Shown here: piece after piece, positions 53,887 to 64,000 of the stretch
How positions within the stretch are numbered: the first letter of the stretch is position 1
Layout of the letters: every line of letters starts with the position of its first letter
Source: Elusimicrobia bacterium HGW-Elusimicrobia-3
GTDB taxonomy: Bacteria; Elusimicrobiota; Elusimicrobia; Elusimicrobiales; UBA9959
Assembly (NCBI GenBank): GCA_002840355.1
Contig: PHAL01000014.1
Span: forward strand, 8,518 to 72,517
Length of the DNA: 64,000 bases
Direction of reading: 5' to 3'
Notes under the pieces: model-generated
Database searches by the model: none
Seen by the model: the letters and a program-made list of their open reading frames with translations, nothing else
Told to the model about the DNA's origin: nothing
Position numbers and translations under genes: made by a program

Positions 53887-54519
53887 CTATAAATCTTTCC
53901 TATCGAGCTGGGTGCCGAACGAGCGCACCTTGTCCAGGTTCCTGGCGGTCTTGAGCGTTTCGAGCTCGGCTATAGCCGCCACCTCGCGTATCGTCTCGGG
54001 CAGCCTGTCGTTGATGACCAGGTAGTCGAAGCCGGACGCCACTTTAATTTCCGAGCGGGCCGTCTCCAGCCGCACCGCGACGTTCTCCGGGGCCTCGCCC
54101 CGGCCGCGCAGCCGCTGCACCAGCGTCTTCAGGTCCGGCGGCAGCAGGAACACCGTGACCGCCTCCGGGAACAGCTTTTTCACCGAGCGGGCGCCTTTCA
54201 CGTCTATCGTCATAACCGGGATGCGGCCCTTTCCGAGGACCGCCATCACCGACTTGACCGGGGTGCCGTAATAGTTGCCGTGCACCTTGGCCCACTCCAG
54301 CAACTTGCCTTCCGCCCTGAGCTTAAGGAACTGCGGCACCGTCACGAAATAGTAATCCTTGCCGTCCGTTTCGCCGGGACGCCTGGCCCTCGTGGTGCAG
54401 GTCACGCTGAAAGCGAACTTCCGGTTCAGCTTCAGCAGGCCGGAACGCACGACGGTTTTTCCGCCCCCGGAGGGGGCGGAAATAACCATCGGGAAGTACT
54501 TGTACTTTCTGCGAACCAC
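53887..54519 (-). CDS. gmk: Guanylate kinase
   Basis: P-loop ISAPSGGGKT, TTRARRPGETDGKDYYFV, YYGTP. Confidence 0.9.
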   Translation of the reverse strand: MVRRKYKYFPMVISAPSGGGKTVVRSGLLKLNRKFAFSVTCTTRARRPGETDGKDYYFVTVPQFLKLRAEGKLLEWAKVHGNYYGTPVKSVMAVLGKGRIPVMTIDVKGARSVKKLFPEAVTVFLLPPDLKTLVQRLRGRGEAPENVAVRLETARSEIKVASGFDYLVINDRLPETIREVAAIAELETLKTARNLDKVRSFGTQLDRKDL

Positions 54520-57309
<2,790 letters not shown>

Positions 57310-57747
57310 ATTCTTTGACTCCTGTTGTCTTTGGCTGTCTGGCCCGCGGGTACGGGCGGAAACCCTGTTGGGAGGGCTTTCCATAATGATACAAAATGCC
57401 GAGCCCAAGGGGCAATAATATAAAGGAAGGCTGGCCAGCAACACCAGGAATTGACCCGCGAGAAGCCCAGTCGGGGCCGAAAGGCAGTCGCGAGGCTGGC
57501 GAGGGCATGCCCTCGCCAGCCTGTCGTTCTTCCGTAGCTGATTGCCTCATGCGTGAATCTGGCGGAGACCGTAAGGGCAGGGTTAGCAAAAGCCCCCCGG
57601 AAGGCGAGGCTTGCGTAAGCGCCGAGCCTGAGGGCGGCAGGCGCGCGCACGGTGTGCGCGACGCCGATTTTGCGCCAGAGATTACCGGGACATAAACAGA
57701 CCCATGAAATCGCCCGCTCTATGAGCGAGCGGGGAACGTTCCTGCGG

Positions 57748-57942
57748 TTACTTAGTGAACTTGCGTTCGAGGGATTCGATTAGGATGGGGACCAGGAAGA
57801 AGAGGAGGACGAGGACGGTGAAGGAGAAGAGGGTGCCGCCGACCGCGCGCAGGCGGGCGTCAAGGCCGCCGGCCTGGAAAAGGACGGCGGTGCCGATGAT
57901 GCCGATGATGCGGTTGCGGCGCTTGACGTCGGAGAGCTTCAC
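57748..57942 (-). CDS. Possible small (64 aa) two-TM membrane protein
   Basis: The GTG at 57942 overlaps the oligopeptidase TGA (GTGA). Translation VKLSDVKRRNRIIGIIGTAVLFQAGGLDARLRAVGGTLFSFTVLVLLFFLVPILIESL. There is no independent support. Confidence 0.3.
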   Translation of the reverse strand: MKLSDVKRRNRIIGIIGTAVLFQAGGLDARLRAVGGTLFSFTVLVLLFFLVPILIESLERKFTK

Positions 57943-60038
57943 TCTTTTATCCCTTCCAGGTCCAGCATGAAGGCGAATTCGAAAGCGGTCAGCTTCAGCG
58001 ACTCGAAGCGCCCGGACTTGCCGCCGTGGCCGGTGTCCATGTCGGTCTTGAGCAGCAGCAGGTTGCCGTCGGTCTTGAGGTCGCGCAGCTTGGCCGCCCA
58101 CTTGGCCGGCTCCCAGTACTGCACCTGCGAGTCGTTAAGGCCGGTGGTGATCAGCAGGTTCGGGTAAGCCTTGCGCTCCACGTTGTCGTACGGGGAGTAG
58201 GAGAGGATGTACTCGTAGTACTCCTTCACGTTCGGGTTGCCCCACTCGTCGTACTCCGAGGTGGTCAGCGGGATGTCCGGGTCGAGCATGGTCGTCGCCA
58301 CGTCCACGAAGGGCACGGCGGCGATGATGCCGCGGTACAGTTCCGGGGCCAGGTTGGCCACGGCGCCCATCAGCAGGCCTCCGGCCGAGCCGCCCTCGGC
58401 GTAGATGTGGGGCGGGGAAGTGTAGCCCTCTTTGATCAGGAACTTCGTAACGTCTATAAAGTCGTAGAAAGTGTTCTTCTTCTTCAGCTGCCGGCCGTCC
58501 TCGTACCAGCGCCGGCCCAGTTCGGAGCCGCCGCGGATATGCGGGATGGCGCAGACGAAGCCGCGGTCGAGCAGCGACAGCCGCACCGAGCTGAAGTACG
58601 GGTCGGAGCTGTAGCCGTAGGACCCGTAGGAATAGATATAGAGGGGGTTCTTGCCGCTCTTGAGGTCCAGGCCTTTTTTATAGACGATAGAGACGGGCAC
58701 CAGCTCCCCGTCGCGCGCGGGCACCCAGAGGCGCTCGGCCTTGTAGTCCTCCGGCTTGAAGGCGCCCAGCACCTCCTGGCGCTTGAGCAGTTTTTTGGCG
58801 CCGGTGCGCAGGTCCACGTCGTAGACCGAGTCGGGCGTGGTCATGGACTCGTAGCTGACGCGCAAGGCGCCGGTCCTGTACTCGAAATTCTCGGCGAGCT
58901 CCGTCATGTAGGCGGGCTCGTCGAAGTCTATCCAGCTCTCTCTGCCGGTGGCGCGCTCGAAGACGTGGAAGCGGCCCTGGGCGTTGCGGCGTTCCTTGAG
59001 CACCAGCCAGTCCTCGAACACGTCCATGTATTCCACCAGCGTGTCCTCGCGGTGGGGGACCAATTCGGCCCAGTTCTCCCTGGCCGTGGCGGAGGAGGGG
59101 CAGACGGACACCTTGAAGTTGCGGGCCCCGTCGTTGCTGAGCACGTAGAACTTGCCGCCGCCGTCCTCCACGTCGTACTCGAGTTTGGGCAGCCGGGCCT
59201 GGAAGAGCCGGGGCGCGGCGGCGGGCCGGTCCGCCTCCAGAAGCCGGTACTCGGTGGACAGCGTGGAGCCGGAGCGCAGGAAAATGAACCTTTCGGTGTT
59301 GGACTTGGAAACGGTGACCTCGAACGTATCGTCGGCCTCGAAGAAGACCTCGCGGTCGGCGGCCGCGCCCAGCTCGTGGGCCAGCACGCGCTCCCAGCGC
59401 AGCGTCTCCGGGTCCTGACGCACGTAGACCAGTGTCCTGTTGTCCCCGGCCCAGGTCATGTTGCCGGCGGTCTTCTCAAGTTTTTCCTTCAGCGTCTCGC
59501 CGGTGCGGAGGGCCTTGAAATACACGTCGTAGAAGCGCCGCCCGCCGGTGTCCATGGCGTAGGCTATCATGGCGTGGTCCGGGCGGATGGCGGGGAACAG
59601 CACCGCGCAGTAGGGCTTGCCCTTCGCCAGCTCGTTGACGTCCAGCAGCACCTCCTCCCTGCCTTCGGGAGAGCCGAGGCGGCGGGCGTAGATCGGGTAT
59701 TCGCCGCCGGCCTTATAGGTCTTGTAGTAATAGTACTCGCCGTACTTGAACGGCACGGTGGAGTCGTCCTGCTTCACGCGGCCCTTCATCTCGTCGAAGA
59801 GCGCGGCCTGGAATTTTTCGGTGTGGGCCATCGCCGCGGCGGCGTAGGCGTTCTCGTCGGAGAGGTACTTTATCACCCCTGGGTTCTTGCGGTCCTTGAG
59901 CCAGTAGTAATCGTCCACGCGCGCGTGGCCGTGCTTCTCCAGCCGGTAAGGGATCTTCTCGGCCCTGGGCGGCAGTATGGCCGCAGCGCCCTCAAAAGCG
60001 GTCACGCACAATACCGCCGCCAGGAATATCGCTCTCAT
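57939..60038 (-). CDS. Prolyl oligopeptidase-family serine peptidase (S9A, oligopeptidase B-like)
   Basis: Signal-like N-terminus, beta-propeller region, and a catalytic domain with GGSAGGLL (nucleophile Ser), DSQV and GHGG. Confidence 0.85.
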   Translation of the reverse strand: MRAIFLAAVLCVTAFEGAAAILPPRAEKIPYRLEKHGHARVDDYYWLKDRKNPGVIKYLSDENAYAAAAMAHTEKFQAALFDEMKGRVKQDDSTVPFKYGEYYYYKTYKAGGEYPIYARRLGSPEGREEVLLDVNELAKGKPYCAVLFPAIRPDHAMIAYAMDTGGRRFYDVYFKALRTGETLKEKLEKTAGNMTWAGDNRTLVYVRQDPETLRWERVLAHELGAAADREVFFEADDTFEVTVSKSNTERFIFLRSGSTLSTEYRLLEADRPAAAPRLFQARLPKLEYDVEDGGGKFYVLSNDGARNFKVSVCPSSATARENWAELVPHREDTLVEYMDVFEDWLVLKERRNAQGRFHVFERATGRESWIDFDEPAYMTELAENFEYRTGALRVSYESMTTPDSVYDVDLRTGAKKLLKRQEVLGAFKPEDYKAERLWVPARDGELVPVSIVYKKGLDLKSGKNPLYIYSYGSYGYSSDPYFSSVRLSLLDRGFVCAIPHIRGGSELGRRWYEDGRQLKKKNTFYDFIDVTKFLIKEGYTSPPHIYAEGGSAGGLLMGAVANLAPELYRGIIAAVPFVDVATTMLDPDIPLTTSEYDEWGNPNVKEYYEYILSYSPYDNVERKAYPNLLITTGLNDSQVQYWEPAKWAAKLRDLKTDGNLLLLKTDMDTGHGGKSGRFESLKLTAFEFAFMLDLEGIKE

Positions 60039-60062
60039 GGTCCGTCCCTCCGGCCTCCATCG

Positions 60063-60413
60063 CTAGATGCCCATGCGGGCCAGTATCATGCAGATCTCGT
60101 TGACGACGGAGACCATCTGCGGGTGGGAGGCCTCGAAGCCTTTCACGGCGTAGGAGATGCCGGAGATGGAAAGGTTCTTGAGCTGCACGCTGGCGTTGCC
60201 GCGCGTGACTTCGTGCGCGGCGGCCTCGGTGAAGTAGCCGATGCTCCGGGCCTCGTCGATACGGGACGGCGGCAGCTCTGCCAGTTCGGCCTTCAACCGG
60301 CCCAGCAGGGCCACCAGCTCGGCCTTTTCCTTGGCGTCGCCGGCCTGCACCTTGGCGATAGCGGATTCTATTTTAGCGAGAGTGTCTTTGATCACGTTGC
60401 CTCCATATCCCAC
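60063..60413 (-). CDS. DUF4404-like small helical protein
   Basis: Helical, ending in ..SHPQMVSVVNEICMILARMGI as I recall for DUF4404. A GTG at 60395 preceded by GGAGG is an alternative start. Confidence 0.45.
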   Translation of the reverse strand: MGYGGNVIKDTLAKIESAIAKVQAGDAKEKAELVALLGRLKAELAELPPSRIDEARSIGYFTEAAAHEVTRGNASVQLKNLSISGISYAVKGFEASHPQMVSVVNEICMILARMGI

Positions 60414-60478
60414 CGGTCAAAACTACCAAATACGCCCCGGAGTGTCAAATAAACGCGCCATTATGCTAATCTTATAAT

Positions 60479-61693
60479 ATGACGGGGAAAGCCGAAATAG
60501 TCTGCACCGGCTCCGAGCTGCTGGCCGGCAAACTCAACCTTTACGTACCGCTCTTCCACGAGCGCCTCTCGCCGCTGGGCTTCGAGATAATCCGCGAGCA
60601 GAGCTCCGGGGACAGCCTTGAGGCCGTGCGCGACTGCCTGGCAGGGGCGCTGCGGCGCGCCGACCTGGTGCTGGCCTGCGGCGGGCTGGGCCCGACTTTC
60701 GACGACGTCACGCGGCAGGCGGCCGCCGCCGCGCTGGGCCGGCGCCTGGTGCATTCCAAGGCCTGCGAGCGCATCCTCTCCTTCAACTACGGGCTCAAGC
60801 TGCTGCCGCCCAATTTCAAAGACCAGTGCCTGATAGTGGAAGGCGCCAAGACGCTGGAGAACACCCACGGCACCGCCTTCGGCCAGGTGCTGACGCGCGG
60901 CCGCAAGATGCTGGTGCTGCTGCCCGGCCCGCGCCGCGAATGGGAGCCGATGTTCCCGAATTTCCTCGAAGAGGAGCTCCGCTCCTTTTTCAAGCTGCCG
61001 GGGCTGCGGCAGGTAAAACTGCGCGCGGCCGGCCTCTGGGAAACGCAGGCCGAGCGCCTGCTCCGCCCGGTCATGCGCCGCCATAAGGACCTGCGCTTCA
61101 CCATCCTGGCCGGGCCCGGCACGGTGGATTTCATCATCCTCGGCGGCGACGCCCGCGGCGCGGTGGAAAAAGCAGCCGCCGCCTGCCGCCGCCTGCTGGG
61201 CGTTCACCTGTACGGCGAAGGCGAAGCCACCCCGGCCTCGGCGCTGGGCGCCCGGCTGAAGGCCGCGGGCCGGACCGCGGCCGGCGCCGAGTCCTGCACC
61301 GGCGGTTTGGCCGCGGAGCTTATTACCGACATCCCCGGCAGCTCGGCCTGGTTCAACGGGGCCGCGGTGGTCTACTCCAACGCGGCCAAGACCAGATTGC
61401 TCGGCGTCAGGCCCGCCACCCTGAAGAAGCACGGCGCCGTTTCGCCGGAGTGCGCGCGGGAGCTGGCCGAGGGCGCCCGCCGCGCTTTCGGCAGCGATTA
61501 CGCCTACTCGGTGACCGGCATAGCCGGGCCGGACGGCGGCTCCGCCGGCAAGCCGGTGGGGCTGGTCTATTTCGGCCTGGCCGGCGGGCGGGGCACCAAA
61601 GTGTTCCGGCGTAAATTCCCGGGCGGGCGCCAGTTCGTAAGGGCCTGCGCCGCTAATTTCATTTTAGACGAGCTGCGAAAAGTAATAAAATAG
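60479..61693 (+). CDS. cinA: CinA-family protein (MoCF-like domain plus nicotinamide-nucleotide amidohydrolase PncC domain)
   Basis: AEIVCTGSELLAGK, GGLGPTFDDVTR, and a C-terminal ESCTGGL...GSS..F.G..V.YSN..K and TGIAGPDGG. Confidence 0.88.
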   Translation: MTGKAEIVCTGSELLAGKLNLYVPLFHERLSPLGFEIIREQSSGDSLEAVRDCLAGALRRADLVLACGGLGPTFDDVTRQAAAAALGRRLVHSKACERILSFNYGLKLLPPNFKDQCLIVEGAKTLENTHGTAFGQVLTRGRKMLVLLPGPRREWEPMFPNFLEEELRSFFKLPGLRQVKLRAAGLWETQAERLLRPVMRRHKDLRFTILAGPGTVDFIILGGDARGAVEKAAAACRRLLGVHLYGEGEATPASALGARLKAAGRTAAGAESCTGGLAAELITDIPGSSAWFNGAAVVYSNAAKTRLLGVRPATLKKHGAVSPECARELAEGARRAFGSDYAYSVTGIAGPDGGSAGKPVGLVYFGLAGGRGTKVFRRKFPGGRQFVRACAANFILDELRKVIK

Positions 61694-61730
61694 TCGGAGA
61701 CGTTTTATCAGCTTTCCAAAGGAGCCCCAT

Positions 61731-62279
61731 ATGAAGAACTTCATGATTCCGCTGGCAGCCTCGGCCCTCTTGCTGGCCGCCTGCGGCAAAAAAGAGCAGC
61801 CCGCCGCGCAGGCGGAACCGCAGGCCGAACAGGTCCAGGCCGCCCGGGCCGACGGCGGTTACACCAGGAAGGAAACCTACTTCAAGCTGCCCAACGCCGC
61901 CGGCGGCGAGATAGACCTGGCCGCCTACGCCGGCAAGCCGGTGCTCGTGATGTTCTTCACGGAGACCTGCCCCTACTGCCGCAAGGCCGCGCCGTTCATC
62001 CAGAAAGTCCACGCCTCGCACGGGCCCGGCCTCGGCGTGGTCGGCATCTGCGTGCAGGACAGCGCGCAGGCCGCCAAGAACTTCGCGCAGGATTTCGGCA
62101 CCACCTTCCCGCTGGCCTACAAGGGCAAGGGGATCTCCCGCAATTACCGCACCCAGGGCGTGCCCTACATCTACCTGCTCGACAAGGGCCACGAGGTCTA
62201 CGACGTCTGGGAAGGTTACGATCCCCAGTACGACGACTCCATACTTAAAGCGGTAGAGACGGTACTGGCCGGCAAATAG
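61731..62279 (+). CDS. TlpA/ResA-like thiol:disulfide oxidoreductase lipoprotein (thioredoxin fold)
   Basis: Lipobox LLLAAC. CxxC active site FFTETCPYCRKAAP. GVPYIYLLD. Confidence 0.8.
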   Translation: MKNFMIPLAASALLLAACGKKEQPAAQAEPQAEQVQAARADGGYTRKETYFKLPNAAGGEIDLAAYAGKPVLVMFFTETCPYCRKAAPFIQKVHASHGPGLGVVGICVQDSAQAAKNFAQDFGTTFPLAYKGKGISRNYRTQGVPYIYLLDKGHEVYDVWEGYDPQYDDSILKAVETVLAGK

Positions 62280-62305
62280 TCCGGCACGGGCGGGGGGAGA
62301 ACACT

Positions 62306-63415
62306 ATGGCTACGGAAATACAGAAAGGGACGATACTGGTGCACCGGGTTTTCGACGTGGCCGGAGAGATCTCGCTGCCGCGCGCCGAGCAGCTGCTCAG
62401 CGACCAGGCCAAAGGGCCGCGACTGAAGTTCCCTACCGACACGCGCCGCGCCATCATCATCAAGGAATCCCCGCTCAAGACGGAGCTCGGCGAGGAGATG
62501 CTCTCCCTGGCGGGCGCCAGCCACAAGGTCAGGCTTTTCTCCCGCATCTGGAACTACGGCGTCATCACCGTCACCATAGAGCTGCCCATCCCGCCCGGCA
62601 CCTCCTGGACCGACCTGGTAGTGTTGGCCGCGGACCTGGAGAAATCGGAGGAGATAGAGCTGCTGGCCGTGTCGCGCAAGGACGCGCTGAAGAACCGCAT
62701 CATGCCGGCCCTGTCCCACCCGGCGGACTGGGAGATCTCCGAAGACTACATCACCTATATCATCGAAAAAGCCGACGGTTCCGACGACCCGAAAGCCTTC
62801 ATCCGCAAGGTGGACGTGGCGGCGCTCATCCTGGCCGAGCCCAAAGAGCTGCTCGTGGACGACCACCGCAACTTCCTCGTGGAGAGCGCCACGCAGTACT
62901 CCCGCTCGGACCTGGCCATCATAGACTGGAACTCCGCCCTGCTGATAGAACCCGAAGGCCAGCGGGACGTCGCCGACGTCCTGGAATTTTCCCTGACCCA
63001 CCTGCTCGAGTTCCGCTACTACGACGAGATGCTGGACCGCAAGCTGGACCAGCTCTACGACACGATGGAGCAGAAGCGCGAGAGCGTGGGCAACATCTTC
63101 CGCAATTTCTACGACGCCGCGGCGGAGGACTCCAGCAGCAAGTACATGGAATTTTCGGAATTCCTGGGGCGGCTGGAGAACTCGCTGAAGACCGTAGGCG
63201 ATCCCTACCTGGCCACCGTCTTCAGGGCCTCGGCGATGGAATTCCACTTCGACGATTGGAAAAAGAGCATCTCCCGCAAGATGGAGACGCTCGCCCAGAT
63301 CAGCCAGATCCTCCACGGCGAGGTGAACACCCGCCGCAGCCACTGGCTGGAAATAATAATAATAATCCTGATCACCATAGAGGTAGTGCCCTTCCTCTAC
63401 AGCCTGCTGAAGTAG
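62306..63415 (+). CDS. Hypothetical protein with one C-terminal TM helix (possibly RMD1/DUF155-like)
   Basis: Soluble domain of about 340 aa (..VRLFSRIWNYGVITVTIEL..), then HWLEIIIIILITIEVVPFLYSLLK. The family assignment is from memory only. Confidence 0.35.
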   Translation: MATEIQKGTILVHRVFDVAGEISLPRAEQLLSDQAKGPRLKFPTDTRRAIIIKESPLKTELGEEMLSLAGASHKVRLFSRIWNYGVITVTIELPIPPGTSWTDLVVLAADLEKSEEIELLAVSRKDALKNRIMPALSHPADWEISEDYITYIIEKADGSDDPKAFIRKVDVAALILAEPKELLVDDHRNFLVESATQYSRSDLAIIDWNSALLIEPEGQRDVADVLEFSLTHLLEFRYYDEMLDRKLDQLYDTMEQKRESVGNIFRNFYDAAAEDSSSKYMEFSEFLGRLENSLKTVGDPYLATVFRASAMEFHFDDWKKSISRKMETLAQISQILHGEVNTRRSHWLEIIIIILITIEVVPFLYSLLK

Positions 63416-63421
63416 GCCGGG

Positions 63422-64000
63422 TCAGTCCCCGAGCCCGGCGATAGCGGCGGCCACCACGGCCTTCGCCCTGCCGCTCACGCCCCCGCTGGAGCGGTACTTT
63501 ATTTTCAGGAAATTCAGAGGCTTCCCGTGCTGCTTGATGCGGAAGTCCAGGTGCGGCCCGCTGGAGAGCCCGGTGGAGCCCACGTAACCGACTACGTCGC
63601 CCTGCGCCACGCGGCGGCCGGAGCGCACGCCCCTGGCGAAGCGCGACAGGTGGCCGTAGGTCGTGGAATAGCCGCCGCCGTGCTTGAGCATGACCAGTTT
63701 GCCGTTGCCGCCCTTCCAGCCGGCGAACGTCACCGTGCCGTCGGCCACGGCGGAGACCGGGGTGCCGCGGGGGGCGGCGTAGTCTATGCCGTGGTGCGGC
63801 CGGTAGTACTTCAGCACCGGGTGGAAACGCCGGTTGCTGAAATAGGAGGAGATGCGGCGGTAATGCAGCGGCGCGCGCAGGAACATGCTGCGCAGCGACT
63901 CGCCGTTCTCGTCGTAATAGCTGTCCTTCCAGGCCGCCGCGTTCTTGCGCCCGGTCCCGCGCCCGTCGTAAAATGCGGCGGAGATCTTCTGCGAGACCAC
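63422..64000 (-). CDS. M23-family (LytM-type) metallopeptidase, C-terminal part; the 5' end lies outside the window
   Basis: HHGIDYAAPRGTPV.AVADGTV.FAGW.GG.GK.V.L.H..GY.T.YGHLS and GSTG.SSGPHLDF. Confidence 0.88.
   Translation of the reverse strand: MVSQKISAAFYDGRGTGRKNAAAWKDSYYDENGESLRSMFLRAPLHYRRISSYFSNRRFHPVLKYYRPHHGIDYAAPRGTPVSAVADGTVTFAGWKGGNGKLVMLKHGGGYSTTYGHLSRFARGVRSGRRVAQGDVVGYVGSTGLSSGPHLDFRIKQHGKPLNFLKIKYRSSGGVSGRAKAVVAAAIAGLGD

Noticed and set aside
57440-57700. Possible SRP RNA, RNase P RNA or cobalamin riboswitch. The cues were CCCCGGAAGGCG with a GGAA loop, GTAAGGGCAGGG, and GTGAATCTGGCGGAGACC.
   Set aside because: The diagnostic cores are absent on both strands: no GGUCCGGAAGGAAGCAGC-like SRP domain IV, no GAGGAAAGUCCGG P4 strand, and no GCCACUG or B12 box. 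A + strand riboswitch would also have no downstream gene. I kept it only as an unexplained structured region.

Overview
This is a gene-dense, high-GC bacterial chromosomal fragment with about 60 protein genes and one tRNA. TolC-type and beta-barrel outer-membrane proteins and lipobox lipoproteins indicate a diderm organism. All product calls come from reading the supplied translations for family motifs and from synteny, since no database search was possible. I saw no CRISPR array, rRNA, transposase, integrase or phage genes. Layout: (1) nt 1-7133 holds a truncated dcw cell-wall cluster (murF, mraY-murD-ftsW-murG). A clostripain-like peptidase sits on the opposite strand between murF and mraY, and the cluster stops after murG. 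(2) nt 7150-17480 carries accessory genes: an Ldh_2 dehydrogenase, a secreted trypsin-like protease, a frame-disrupted HEAT-repeat lipoprotein with an ABC-2 exporter, a flavin reductase, a cupin, a DAACS symporter and tcdA. (3) nt 17490-32756 is the most interesting part, a roughly 15 kb metal-homeostasis supercluster. It encodes an ECF sigma factor, a DUF302 protein, an anti-sigma factor with a Cys-rich C-terminal domain, and an unusually long CusA/CzcA RND pump with TolC-like and CusB-like partners. With no visible terminator it continues into a CBS-like and a cystathionine gamma-lyase-like pair, a 67-aa Cys-rich protein and a YHS/HMBD protein. A convergent operon encodes a Fur-family regulator, an OM beta-barrel, a CopZ-like HMA protein and a membrane protein, with two Fur-box-like operators. 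Divergent from it are a Cys-rich secreted repeat protein and a Crp-family regulator. (4) nt 32756-64000 is mostly housekeeping: hisS, aspS, lipA, a radical SAM protein, a REC-PAS histidine kinase with a response regulator, an MFS transporter, asnS, tRNA-Ala(CGC), mltG, thpR, tyrS, a PriA with degenerate helicase motifs, UDG, rpoZ-like, gmk, ppdK, oligopeptidase B, cinA, a TlpA-like protein and an M23 peptidase. Unexplained non-coding structure includes a 24-bp perfect inverted repeat between hisS and aspS, a hairpin-rich spacer of about 330 nt with an inverted tRNA-Ala fragment, and a 438-nt intergenic region upstream of ppdK containing a 28-nt perfect palindrome. Many long antisense ORFs in the track are treated as high-GC artefacts.
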